A DNA stretch of 64,000 nucleotides, from NCBI GenBank assembly GCA_963809375.1, contig CAWEJO010000002.1, forward strand, positions 31,072-95,071, given 5' to 3'. Origin of the DNA: an uncultured Chloroflexia bacterium (GTDB taxonomy: Bacteria; Chloroflexota; Limnocylindria; Limnocylindrales; CSP1-4). Within the stretch, counting starts at the first letter, position 1; the number at the start of each line of letters is the position of its first letter. Positions 10,119-20,365 of this stretch are shown here, piece after piece. Both the position numbers and the translations under genes were made by a program. The notes beneath the pieces were generated by a model. That model was given only the letters and a program-made list of their open reading frames with translations. It did not search any database and was not told the origin of the DNA.

Positions 10119-10147
10119 TTGACACGTTAGTTAGTGAGCACTAACAT
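10119..10147 (+). promoter_or_regulatory. tetR promoter with overlapping palindromic operator
   Basis: TTGACA(10119)-N17-TAACAT(10142); inverted repeat GTTAGTG-AG-CACTAAC at 10130-10145. Confidence 0.8.
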
Positions 10148-10154
10148 ACGGCCC

Positions 10155-10748
10155 ATGGTCGACATCCGGTCCCGCCACCACGCAATCCACCATCGGGCAG
10201 GCCCGCGCCTGTCCGCCGACGAGCGGCGCGACGACATCATCCGCGCGGCGATCGCCGAGTTCGCCGTCGGCGGCTATGCCGGCACCTCGACCGAGGCGAT
10301 CGCGCGGCGGGTCGGCGTCTCCCAGCCGTACCTCTTCCGCCTGTTCGGCACCAAGCAGGGCCTGTTCATCGCCGTGATCGACCGGATGTACGAGCGCATC
10401 AGGCTCACGTTCGAGGAGGCGGCCAAGCACCCGGATCCCCTCGAGGGAGACTGGTACAACCCGGTCCTCCGATCGATGGGCATGGCGTACGGCGAGCTGG
10501 TCGGCGACAGCAACCTGCTCCGCCTCCAGCTCCAGGCGTTCGCCGCCTGCTATGACCCCGTGATCGCGCGGACCGTCCGGGAGGGCTTCGCGGCCCTGAC
10601 GCAGCAGGTCGCGCACCTGTCGGGCGTGCCCGTGGCCGAGCTCCGGCCGTTCTTCGCCGAGGGCATGCTCATGAACGTCGCGGCGGCGATGGGGCTCGAC
10701 GATGCCCACGTCGCGTGGACCACGATCTGCGAAGGAGGGCCCGCCTGA
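10155..10748 (+). CDS. TetR/AcrR family transcriptional regulator
   Basis: RRDDIIRAAIAEFAVGGYAGTSTEAIARRVGVSQPYLFRLFGTKQGLF HTH. Confidence 0.95.
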   Translation: MVDIRSRHHAIHHRAGPRLSADERRDDIIRAAIAEFAVGGYAGTSTEAIARRVGVSQPYLFRLFGTKQGLFIAVIDRMYERIRLTFEEAAKHPDPLEGDWYNPVLRSMGMAYGELVGDSNLLRLQLQAFAACYDPVIARTVREGFAALTQQVAHLSGVPVAELRPFFAEGMLMNVAAAMGLDDAHVAWTTICEGGPA

Positions 10749-10781
10749 TCGACGACCGCGTCCCCCTTTTTGCCTTCCGAA

Positions 10782-10803
10782 GTTAGTGTGCAATCACTCA
10801 CTT
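10782..10803 (+). promoter_or_regulatory. Second TetR operator-like site upstream of the efflux gene
   Basis: GTTAGTGTGCAATCACTCACTT shares the GTTAGTG half-site with the 10130 operator. Confidence 0.55.
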
Positions 10804-10868
10804 CTCAGCCTGACACGACCCACCACGCTCACCCACCCAACCGACCCACAGCTGCAGGAGAAGCCGCC

Positions 10869-12323
10869 ATGTCGGACCGCCGACGAATCCTCTGGACGTT
10901 CCTGATCACCTCGCTCGCTCTCTTCATGACCGCCCTCGACAACCTCGTCGTGACGACGGCGTTGCCCGTCATCAAGCAGGACCTCGGCGCGACGCTCGCC
11001 CAGCTCGAGTGGACCGTCAACGCGTACACCCTGACCTTTGCCGTGCTGCTGCTGACCGGCGCCGCCCTTGGCGACCGGTACGGACGGCGGCGCGTGTTCA
11101 TGATCGGCATGGCGATCTTCACGGCCGGCTCCGCGTTCGCCGCGCTCGCCCCGTCCGGCGACGCGCTCGTCCTCGCCCGCGCGATCCAGGGCGTGGGGGC
11201 CGCGTTCGTCACGCCGCTCACCCTCACGATCCTGTCGGCGGCCGTGCCCGCCGAGCGCCGCGGCCTCGCCCTCGGGCTGTGGGGCGGCATCTCGGGGCTC
11301 GCGATCGCGATCGGACCGCTCGTGGGCGGGGCGATCGTCCAGGGCTTCAACTGGCACTGGATCTTCTGGCTCAACGTGCCGATCGGAATCGTGGTCCTGC
11401 TGCTGGCCCGGATTGGCCTCGCCGAGACTCGCGGCCCGGCCTCCCGCCTCGACCTGCCGGGCGTGGCGCTCGCGTCGGCCGGCCTCTTCGCCCTCGTGTG
11501 GGCCCTGATCCACGGCAACGGCGACGGCTGGACGAGCCCGGGCATCGTCACCGCCTTCGTGGCCGCCGCCGTCCTGCTCGTCGGCTTCTTCGTCCGTGAG
11601 TCGCGGGCCGCCGAGCCGGCCCTGCCGATGCGGTTCTTCCGGGACCGCCAGTTCGCGGCCGCCAACGCCGTCAGCTTCCTGATGTCCTTCGGGGTCTTCG
11701 GGTCGATCTTCCTGCTCGCCCAGTTCTTCCAGGTCGTCCAGGGCTACACGCCCCTCGAGGCCGGGATCCGCACGCTCCCCTGGACCGCGATGCCGATCGT
11801 CGTGGCGCCGCTCGCCGGGATCCTCGCCCAGCGGGTCGGCGGCCGCCCGGTCCTCGTGGCAGGCATGGCGTTCATGACCGCCGGGCTGGCCTGGATGGCC
11901 GCGGTGTCGACGGCGACCGTCGACTACCTGGTGATGGTCCCGGGCCTCGTCCTCTCGGGCACCGGCATGGCCCTCTTCTTCCCGGTGACCGCGGCCCTCG
12001 TCCTCTCTGCCGTGCGGCCAGCGGAGGAGGGCCAGGCGTCGGGCGCGAACAACGCGATCCGCGAGGTCGGCGGCGTCTTCGGGGTGGCCGTCCTGGCGTC
12101 GGTGTTCGCGTCGCGCGGCGGCTACGCGTCGCCCGAGGCGTTCGTCGCGGGGCTCACGCCCGCGGTGTGGGTCGGGACCGCCGTGGTCGGGCTCGGCGTG
12201 CTCGCGGCCCTGGTCGTCCCGAGCCGCCGGCGCGCCGTCGAGATCGAGGTCCGGCCGGCGCTGCCGTCCCGGGTCGGCGAGCTCGCCCCCGAGGCGGTTC
12301 GCTTCGACAGGCTCTCCGGCTAG
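10869..12323 (+). CDS. DHA2 family (EmrB/QacA) MFS efflux permease
   Basis: LDNLVVTTALP, WTVNAYTL, GDRYGRRRVF, WHWIFWLNVPIG; AGGAG SD. Confidence 0.95.
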   Translation: MSDRRRILWTFLITSLALFMTALDNLVVTTALPVIKQDLGATLAQLEWTVNAYTLTFAVLLLTGAALGDRYGRRRVFMIGMAIFTAGSAFAALAPSGDALVLARAIQGVGAAFVTPLTLTILSAAVPAERRGLALGLWGGISGLAIAIGPLVGGAIVQGFNWHWIFWLNVPIGIVVLLLARIGLAETRGPASRLDLPGVALASAGLFALVWALIHGNGDGWTSPGIVTAFVAAAVLLVGFFVRESRAAEPALPMRFFRDRQFAAANAVSFLMSFGVFGSIFLLAQFFQVVQGYTPLEAGIRTLPWTAMPIVVAPLAGILAQRVGGRPVLVAGMAFMTAGLAWMAAVSTATVDYLVMVPGLVLSGTGMALFFPVTAALVLSAVRPAEEGQASGANNAIREVGGVFGVAVLASVFASRGGYASPEAFVAGLTPAVWVGTAVVGLGVLAALVVPSRRRAVEIEVRPALPSRVGELAPEAVRFDRLSG

Positions 12324-12344
12324 CGATCCGCGCTCTCTCACTCT

Positions 12345-12374
12345 GGCGCGGGACGCCGATCGGCGTCCCGCGCC
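12345..12374. terminator. Perfect 30-bp palindrome downstream of the DHA2 gene
   Basis: GGCGCGGGACGCCGATCGGCGTCCCGCGCC is its own reverse complement; no U-tract. Confidence 0.55.
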
Positions 12375-12524
12375 TCTGCGCGACCCAGGGCCTGCCCGCA
12401 TCCGCCGCGACTCGGCGCATCTCGGGCAGGTTCGGATCCACCCTCGCGCGCGAGCTCCGGCGCGCTAGGCTTGGCGTCGCGCACCGGATGCCCCGGGTCG
12501 CGCGAGATCGATGAGGTGGTCCTC

Positions 12525-13163
12525 GTGTCGTTGCGGGTCCCGGATCTCGGGTCGCTCCTCGCCGAGGCGCAGGCGCGCCGGATGGCCCTCGACGCGACGG
12601 GTGCCTACTTCGTCACCGACATCGACCCGGCCCACGCGGAGGACTTCGCGAAGACGCTCCTGCTGATGTGCGTTCCACGGGCCGGCCGCAGCGACGAGCC
12701 GATCACGGTCTACATCAACAGCGGCGGCGGCTCGGTCGGCGACGGCCTCGCGATGATGGAGATGATCAACCGGATGCGCCGCCAGTACCGCGTCCGGATC
12801 GACACCGCCGTGCTCGGGTACGCGTATTCCATGGGCGCGATCGTCAGCCAGGCGGGCGACCGGCGGACGATCGGCCGCTACGGCACGCTCATGCTGCACT
12901 CGTCGCAGTGGATCCTGTCGGGCGACGACGAACGCATCTTCAAGGACTACCAGCTGCTCTCCGAGCACTACCAGCAGACCGTCGGCGCACTCTTCGCCGG
13001 GCGGACCGGCCACAAGGATCCGGCCTGGTGGCGACGCTTCATCTGGTCGGGCCGCGAGCGCTTCCTGGGGCCCGACGAATGCCTCGCGCTCGGGCTGGTC
13101 GACGAGATCGTCGAGCCGACGCTGATGACTCCGCCTCGACCGAAGGATCCGCCGACGGCTTGA
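12525..13163 (+). CDS. ClpP family (S14) protease subunit, divergent
   Basis: ITVYINSGGGSVGDG, AYSMGA (Ser), LMLH (His), FLGPDECLALGLVDEI; GAGGTGG SD before GTG 12525. Confidence 0.85.
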   Translation: MSLRVPDLGSLLAEAQARRMALDATGAYFVTDIDPAHAEDFAKTLLLMCVPRAGRSDEPITVYINSGGGSVGDGLAMMEMINRMRRQYRVRIDTAVLGYAYSMGAIVSQAGDRRTIGRYGTLMLHSSQWILSGDDERIFKDYQLLSEHYQQTVGALFAGRTGHKDPAWWRRFIWSGRERFLGPDECLALGLVDEIVEPTLMTPPRPKDPPTA

Positions 13164-13181
13164 CCGTCGCCCTCGCCACAT

Positions 13182-13219
13182 TAGAACACCTGGTCGAAAC
13201 TGACTGAGCGGCGTATACT
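13182..13219 (+). promoter_or_regulatory. LexA (GAAC-N4-GTTC type) box-like site plus -10 of lhr
   Basis: TAGAACACCTGGTCGA at 13182-13197; TATACT at 13214-13219. Confidence 0.6.
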
Positions 13220-13228
13220 CGCCGTCCC

Positions 13229-16200
13229 GTGGCTCCGCGAACTGGCCGGACCGCCGGCTCCCGAACCCCCGCACCCGCCGAGGATCCCCTCGCTCGGTTC
13301 AGCCCGCCCGTCGCCGAGTGGTTCCGCGGCGCGTTCGCCGCTCCGACGGCGGCCCAGGTCGGTGGCTGGGCAGCGATCGCGGGGGGCGGCCACGTGCTCC
13401 TGCACGCGCCGACGGGGAGCGGCAAGACGCTCGCCGCGTTCCTGTGGTGCCTCGACCGGCTCGTCCGCCAGCCGCGGCCGGCACGCCCGAAGGGTGTCCC
13501 GCATGCGCGCCCGACGGGCGCGCAGGGCTCGGTCCGGATCCTCTACGTCAGCCCGCTCAAGGCTCTGACCTACGACGTCGAGAGGAACCTGCGGGCGCCG
13601 CTGGCCGGCATCGCGCTGGCCGGGGCGCGCCTCGGCACGCCGGTCCACCAGCCGTCGATCGCGAGCCGGACCGGCGACACGCCCCAGGACGAGCGGCGCG
13701 ACATCGCGAAGCACCCGCCCGAGATCCTGATCACCACCCCGGAGAGCCTCTACCTGCTGCTGACGAGCGGCGCCCGCGAGATCCTCCGCGAGGTCGAGCA
13801 CGTGATCGTCGACGAGGTGCACGCGGTCGCGGGCACCAAGCGCGGCGCCCACCTCGCCCTCAGCCTCGAGCGCCTCGAGGCGCTCCGGGCGCCCGGCGCT
13901 CCGCCGCTCCAGCGGATCGGCCTCTCGGCGACGCAGCGACCGCTCGACGCGATCGGGCGCTTCCTGGCGGGCGTGGGAGCGGGCCGGGAGGTGACGATCG
14001 TCGATGCCGGGACCCGCAAGACGCTCGACCTCGAGGTCGTGGTGCCGGTCGAGGACATGAGCCGGCTCGGCGAGCTGCTGCCGCTCGAGGAGCAGCCCGG
14101 CGGCCCCGTGGCCGGCGGCGAAAGCCGGGTCAGCATCTGGCCGGCGATCCACCCCCGCATCCTCGACCTGATCCGGACCCACCGCAGCACGCTCGTCTTC
14201 GTCAACAGCCGGCGCCTCGCCGAGCGGCTGGCCCAGCGCCTCAACGACCTCGCGGGCGAGGAGCTCGTGCGGGCCCACCACGGGAGCATCGCCCGCGAGC
14301 AGCGCGTGGCCATCGAGGAGGCGCTCAAGGACGGGCGCCTGCCGGCCCTGGTCGCGACGTCCTCGCTCGAGCTCGGGATCGACATGGGCGCCATCGACCT
14401 GGTGATCCAGGTCGAATCGCCGACCTCGGTCGCGCGGGGGCTCCAGCGCATCGGCCGGGCCGGCCACCAGGTCGACGAGGTGAGCCGCGGCGTCATCTTC
14501 CCGAAGTACCGCGGCGACCTGCTCGAGTGCGCGGTCGTCGCCGAGCGGATGCGCGAGGGCAGGATCGAGACGACCGTGATCCCGCGCAACCCGCTCGACG
14601 TGCTGGCCCAGCAGCTCGTGGCGATGACCGTGATGGATCGCTGGGCCGCGGCGGACCTCCTGGCCGCCGTGACCCGCGCGGCGCCGTTCGAGACTCTCAC
14701 CCGCGAGGCCCTCGACGGCGTGCTCTCGATGCTGGCCGGGGCGTATCCCTCGGACGAGTTCGCCGAGCTCAAGCCGCGCGTCGTGTGGGACCGTGTCGCC
14801 GACACGGTCGAGGGGCGGCGCGACGCCCGGGTCGTCGCGGTCACGTCCGGCGGCACGATCCCCGACCGGGGCTTGTACGGGGTGTTCATCGCGGGCGAAG
14901 CCGGCGCGCCCGGTCGTCGCGTCGGGCGAGCTCGACGAGGAGATGGTCTACGAGCTGCGGGCCGGGATGCACGGCGACGTGATCGTGCTTGGCGCCAGCG
15001 CCTGGCGGGTTGCCGAGATCACGCCCGACCGGGTGATCGTCACACCGGCGCCCGGCGAGCCCGGCAAGCTGCCGTTCTGGAAGGGCGACGCGGTCGGGCG
15101 GCCGATCGAGCTCGGGCGGGCCATCGGCGGCCTCGTGCGCGAGCTCGAGGCGGACCTCGCCGCGGGTTCGAAGGGCCGGCTGGCGGCCCTCGCCAGGCTC
15201 CGCGAGCGGCACCATCTCGACGAGCTCGCGGCCGAGAACCTGGTGGCCTACCTCGAGGATGAGCGGGATGCCGCGGGCGCCCTGCCCACCGACCGGCGGG
15301 TCGTCGTGGAACGCTTCCGCGACGAGCTCGGAGACTGGCGCCTCGTGCTCCTGACCCCCTTTGGCGGGCGGATCCACGCGCCGTGGTCGCTGGCCATCGA
15401 AGCGCGCCTCCGCGAGCGCCTGGGCACGGACGTCAGCTCGATCTGGTCAGACGACGGGATCGCGATCCGGCTCCCGGACGCCGATCTCGACGGGATCGAG
15501 GAGTCGCTCTTCCCGGATGCTGAGGGCGTGGAGGACCTGGTCGTCGGCGCGGTCGGCGGGTCGGCGCTCTTCGCGGCCCGCTTCCGCGAGAACGCGGGCC
15601 GCGCCCTGCTGCTCCCACGGCGCCGGCCGGGCTCGCGCACGCCGCTCTGGCAGCAGCGCCAGCGTTCCGCCGACCTGCTCGCGGTGGCCAGCCGCTACGG
15701 CAGCTTCCCGATCCTGGTCGAGACCTACCGCGAGTGCCTGGCAGACGTCTTCGACCTGCCGGCCCTGCGCGACGTCCTGCGGGGCATCGAGCGGCGCGAG
15801 GTGGCCGTCCACCGCGTGGAGACGCCGCGCGCCTCGCCGTTCGCGTCGTCGCTCCTCTTCGACTACGTGGCCGCCTACATGTACGAGGGCGACGCGCCGC
15901 TCGCCGAGCGCCGGGCCCAGGCACTTGCCCTCGACCGCGACCTGCTGCGCGAGCTGCTCGGCCAGGAGGAGCTGCGCGAGCTGCTCGATCCGGAAGCGCT
16001 CGAGGAGACGGAGCTGGGCCTCCAGGCCCTCCTCGACGAGCGCAAGGCCGGGTCGGTCGACCAGGTCGCGGACCTGCTGCGGCGCCTCGGCGACCTCGCC
16101 GAGGACGAGATCGCGGCGCGCACCCGAGGCGGCCCGCCCGCAGCCCGCGAGTGGCTCGAGACGCTCGTGGCGTCCAGGCGCGCGATCCCGGTCCGGATCG

Positions 16201-18032
16201 CGGGCGAGAGCCGCTGGATCGCGGTGGAGGACGCCGCCCGCTATCGCGACGGGACCGGGGCCCAGCCGCCGGCGGGGACGCCGGTCGCATTCCTGGGCGC
16301 CACGCAGGACGCGCTCGGGGGACTGCTGGCGCGCTGGGCTCGCACCCATGGCCCATTCCTGTCGGTCGACCCGGCCGTCCGCTGGGGGCTGCCGACGGGT
16401 GTCATCGAGGAGGCGCTCTCCCGGCTCGTCACCGCGGGGACGCTCCTGCGGGGCGAGTTCAGGCCCGGTGGCGCCGAGCGCGAGTGGTGCGACCCGGAGG
16501 TGCTCCGCACGCTCCGTCGCCGCTCGCTCGCCCGGCTTCGCCGGGAGGTCGAGCCGGTGGAGCAGGCGGCGCTCGCCCGCTTCCTGCCGGCCTGGCAGGG
16601 CGTTGTCCCGGCGGCCGGGCTTGCGTCGCCGCGCGATCACGCGGCGGGCGGCACCCAGCCAGCCCGGGTCGCGGCGGCGCCGGCCCCAATGCGAGGGCAG
16701 GCCGCCCTGGAACGCCTCGCCGAGGTCGTCGACCAGCTGTCGGGCGTCCCGATCCCCGCGTCGGTGCTCGAGCGCGACGTGCTGCCGGCCCGGATCGCGG
16801 GATACCAGCCGCGCCTGCTCGACGAGCTCGGCGCGCTCGGCGAGGTCGCGTGGGTCGGTTGCGGACCCCTGGGGCGCGACGACGGGCGGATAGCGCTCTT
16901 CCGGCCGGGCCGCGGCGACGTGCTCCACGCGGGCCTGGTCGCGTCGCGGGCCGCGGGGGAGCGGCCGGCCGGTCCGCGCCACGCTGCCATCCGGGACCGG
17001 CTCGCCGCCCGCGGCGCGTCGTTCTACCGCGAGCTGTTCGCGGCGGCCGGCGGGCCCGCGGCCGGCGATCGCGAGATCCTCGACGCGCTGTGGGACCTCG
17101 TCTGGGCCGGCGAGGTCACGAACGACACGTTCGCGCCGTTGCGGGCCCTGCGCTGGAAGCGCCCGGGCGGCGGCGATCGCCGACCGCGCCCCGGGCGCCT
17201 GGCGTCCCTTGGCCCGCCCGAGGCCGCCGGCCGCTGGTCGCTGGTGGTAGGCGCCGACCAGGGCGGCCCGGCTGGGGCGAGCGCACCACCCGCGACCGGC
17301 ATGGGCGCGCAACCCGCGACCGGCACGGGCGCGCAACCCGCAACCGGCACGGGCGCACCACCCGCGACCGGCACGGGCGCGCAACCCGCGGGCGAGCCGT
17401 CCGCGACCGAGCGCCTGCACGCGCAGGCGATGGCGCTGCTGGATCGTCATGGCGTCCTGACCCGTGAGGCCGTGATCGGGGAGGGGATCGAGGGCGGCTT
17501 CGCCGGCATCTACCCCGTCCTGCGGGCGCTCGAGGAGGCGGGCCGGATCCGGCGCGGATACTTCGTCGACGGCCTCGGCGCGGCGCAGTTCGCGCTCCCG
17601 GGTGCCATCGACCGGCTGCGCTCCCTGCGCGAGGTCGACCAGGCAGCGCCGCGGGTCGACCTCCTGGCGGCCGCCGATCCCGCCCAGCCCTACGGCGCGG
17701 CGCTCGCCTGGCCGCGCCGGGACGACGCCGATCGGCGCCCGTTCCAGCGCGCCGCCGGCGCGTACGTGGTGATCGTTGACGGCGTGCCCGTGCTGTACGT
17801 CGAGCGGGGCGCCAGGTCGCTCGCGACATTCCCCGCCGGCGACGATCCGGTGCGGCTTGGCCTCGGCCTTGCGGCGCTGGTGGGGCTGGTGGTCGACGGC
17901 CGGGTTCGCGAGCTCGTCATCTCCAGCGTGGACGGAGACGGCGTGGGCCCCGGATCGCCATGGCGCGACCGCCTCGTGAAGGCGGGCTTCGTGGCGGGCT
18001 ACCGCGGAATGGCGCTCCGGCCGGCCCGGTGA
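13229..18032 (+). CDS. lhr: Lhr ATP-dependent helicase with C-terminal winged-helix/glycosylase-like region (one frameshift at about 14925)
   Basis: APTGSGKT, SPLKAL, DEVH, LSAT, HHGS, QRIGRAGH; continues in the next frame with GELDEEMVYE, PFWKGD, GRIRRGYFVDGLG. Confidence 0.93.
17281..17390. repeat. Coding 24-bp tandem repeat inside lhr (GA[P/Q]PATG[T/M], about 4.5 copies)
   Basis: gcgcaacccgcgaccggcacgg-containing units. Confidence 0.85.
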
Positions 18033-18098
18033 GCCGGATCGCCGTCGCCGGCAGCCGCGGACTGGCCTTGCGGCCGGCCCGGTGAGCCGGGTCGCCGT
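18018..18098. repeat. Direct repeat duplicating the lhr 3' end (period 53)
   Basis: cggccggcccggtgagccgg(a/g)tcgccgt at 18018 and 18071. Confidence 0.8.
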
Positions 18099-18116
18099 TG
18101 GCGGGCGCTGATCCGG

Positions 18117-18977
18117 ATGCCGGAGGGCGACACGCTCTTCCGCACGGCCGCCCGGCTGCGGCCCAGGCTGGTCGGGCGCCGGGTGGCCGCCGCGCGCGCC
18201 CGCGTCCCCGGGCCGCGCGTGGAGAAGGTGCTCGGCGCCAAGGTCGAGGCGGTCGAGGCGCTGGGCAAGAACCTGCTCGTCCGGTTCGACAACGGGCTCG
18301 AGCTGCGGACCCACCTGCGGATGCGCGGGTCGTGGCACCTGTACGCGCCCGGCGAGCGCTGGCGGCTGCCCGCGAGCCGGGCGGTGCTGGTCCTCGAGGT
18401 GCCTGAAGCGATCGCGGTGTGCTTCGATGCGCCGGTCGTCGAGATGCTCGAGACGCGGGCGGAATCGCTGCATCCGCCCCTCGCCGGGCTGGGGCCCGAC
18501 GCGACGGCGGACGCCTTCGACCGGTCAGCGGCGCTCGGGCGCCTCCGCGCCGCCGACCGGGTCCGGCTCCCCATCGCGGAGGCGCTGGTCGACCAGCGCG
18601 CGCTGGCCGGGATCGGCAACGTGTACAAGAGCGAGGTGTTGTGGATCGAACGCGTGCACCCGTTCACGCTGGTCGGGCAGCTGGACGATGCGACCCTGGG
18701 ACGCCTTGTCGACCGCGCCCGGGCGCTGCTGCTGGCCAATCGCGACGTGGCCGCGCGCACGACGACAGGGCCCGCGGGCGGCGGCGCGATGACGGCCAGC
18801 GCCCTTCGCCCCGGGCGGGGCGGGCGCCTGTGGGTCTACCGGCGGTCCGGTCGCCCGTGCCCTCGGTGCGGCTCGCCGATCCGGTCGCGGGCCCACGGCG
18901 ACGTGCCCAGGATCACGTACTGGTGCCCGGGCTGCCAGGTCGCCGGGGAGCCGCTGGCCGGCGAGGCGGAACGCTGA
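18117..18977 (+). CDS. nei: Fpg/Nei family DNA glycosylase
   Basis: MPEGDT N-terminus, GKNLL, HLRMRGSW, H2TH AGIGNVYKSE, zinc finger CPRCG...WCPGCQ. Confidence 0.95.
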   Translation: MPEGDTLFRTAARLRPRLVGRRVAAARARVPGPRVEKVLGAKVEAVEALGKNLLVRFDNGLELRTHLRMRGSWHLYAPGERWRLPASRAVLVLEVPEAIAVCFDAPVVEMLETRAESLHPPLAGLGPDATADAFDRSAALGRLRAADRVRLPIAEALVDQRALAGIGNVYKSEVLWIERVHPFTLVGQLDDATLGRLVDRARALLLANRDVAARTTTGPAGGGAMTASALRPGRGGRLWVYRRSGRPCPRCGSPIRSRAHGDVPRITYWCPGCQVAGEPLAGEAER

Positions 18978-19150
18978 ACGCGGACACGCCGCGCGTGCGG
19001 GTCACCCGGCGGCGTGGCGTCCTCGCACGTGAACAGCTCGCCCGAAGGGGACGGGTCAGGGCGCGGGTGGCTCGGTCGCTCGACGCTCCGCCCGCGACAC
19101 CCGCGCCCCGGCCGAAGCTGCTTCCCGCCGCGCGGGGTACGCTGGGCGGG

Positions 19151-19474
19151 ATGCCGAATACCGCGCCCGAGCGACCAGGCCCGTCGCTCGACGTTCGCTG
19201 TGGCCGATCCGGCGACGCGCTCGGCGGCTGGCTCTGCCTCGTCCGGACCCGCGACGGGTCGTTCGCGACGGAGCATCGCGTCACTGTGGCGCCGGCGGTC
19301 CTCGAGCGGCTCGACCCGGGTGCCGCCGACCCGGGCAGGCTGGTCCGGGTTGCCTTCGAGTTCCTGCTCGAGCGTGAGGCGGCGTCCTCGATCCTGCGGA
19401 CGTTCGACCTCCCGGTGATCCGCCGCTACTTCCCGGGATGGGATGAGGATGTCGCGCGCCGCCTGCGCGGCTGA
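19151..19474 (+). CDS. Conserved hypothetical protein
   Basis: TEHRVTV...AFEFLLEREAASSILRTFDLPVIRRYFPG looks like a conserved motif block; TACGCT-N7-ATG start. Confidence 0.7.
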   Translation: MPNTAPERPGPSLDVRCGRSGDALGGWLCLVRTRDGSFATEHRVTVAPAVLERLDPGAADPGRLVRVAFEFLLEREAASSILRTFDLPVIRRYFPGWDEDVARRLRG

Positions 19475-19582
19475 GGACCGGCGCGGTGAGGGGCGGCGCG
19501 GCTGAGGGCTGGCGCCGCTGACTGACCGAGCGGCTGACGGCCTGCCCGGCTGACCGCCCGGCGACTCGATACCATCACCGGC

Positions 19583-20269
19583 GTGTGCGAGCAGCTCGTC
19601 GCCCGGTCGGAGCAGCCGTTCGAGCTCGGCCGCCTCTGGGATCTCGTCGCCGGCCTCGAGCGCTATGGCCTGGCCGGGTACGGCTGGGGGATCGCCTGGA
19701 TCCAGCCCGATTCGTCCATCGCCACGCACCGCGAGCCGCGCGCGTTTCGCGACGCCACCGCGCCCGGCGCCCTGGCAGCGATGCGGACGAACGCGGCCCT
19801 CGTCCACCTTCGCCGGCCGTCGAAGCTCTCGACGGTCGCGCTGGCCGACACCCAGCCGTTCGCGGATCCCGCCGGACGCTTTGCGCTCGGCTACAACGGC
19901 GAGCTGCGGGACCATCGCCCGCACCGGGCGCGGTTCGCGGCCCAGGGCCGGCTCCTCGGTCGGGCTGACACCGAGGTCGCGGCCCGCTGGCTCGAGGACG
20001 CCTGGCGACCCGATCGGCCTGCGGCCGCCCAGCTCGCGGCCCTCCACGCAACGTTCGGCGGCCTCGCCAATCTCGCGCTTCTGGCAGCCGACGGCCGCGC
20101 CACCCATTACGCAGGCAACCCCGAGAACCCTGTCTTCGGCTTCCGCCTCGACGACATCCGGTTCCTGTCGACGGCCGTCTATTCGATCGATCGGTCGCTC
20201 TTCCGGCTCATCGCACCGGGTGCCCGCGACCGCCACGTCATCCGACCTGGGACGGCCGCGACGATCTGA
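19583..20269 (+). CDS. Class II (Ntn) glutamine amidotransferase-like protein (YafJ/EgtC-like)
   Basis: N-terminal M-C, GWGIAW, HLRRPS, DTQPF, YNGEL, DTEV. Confidence 0.8.
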   Translation: MCEQLVARSEQPFELGRLWDLVAGLERYGLAGYGWGIAWIQPDSSIATHREPRAFRDATAPGALAAMRTNAALVHLRRPSKLSTVALADTQPFADPAGRFALGYNGELRDHRPHRARFAAQGRLLGRADTEVAARWLEDAWRPDRPAAAQLAALHATFGGLANLALLAADGRATHYAGNPENPVFGFRLDDIRFLSTAVYSIDRSLFRLIAPGARDRHVIRPGTAATI

Positions 20270-20365
20270 CCGTCCTTGCGGCGATCGGCGCCGGCAGCCT
20301 GGCTAGAATGCGCGACACCGGCGGTGCGCGCCGACACGGTTCCAGCCACGCCGACCGGAGCGAGG

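Noticed and set aside
14793-15262. Split lhr or programmed frameshift
   Set aside because: One extra G at about 14925 restores RRVGELDEE; no slippery heptamer; same pattern as the other indels
15447-18473. Very long antisense or alternate-frame ORFs (also 7006-9492, 21407-23908, 46492-48714, 58940-62269)
   Set aside because: Arg/Pro/Gly-rich shadow frames expected at very high GC; they overlap well-supported genes
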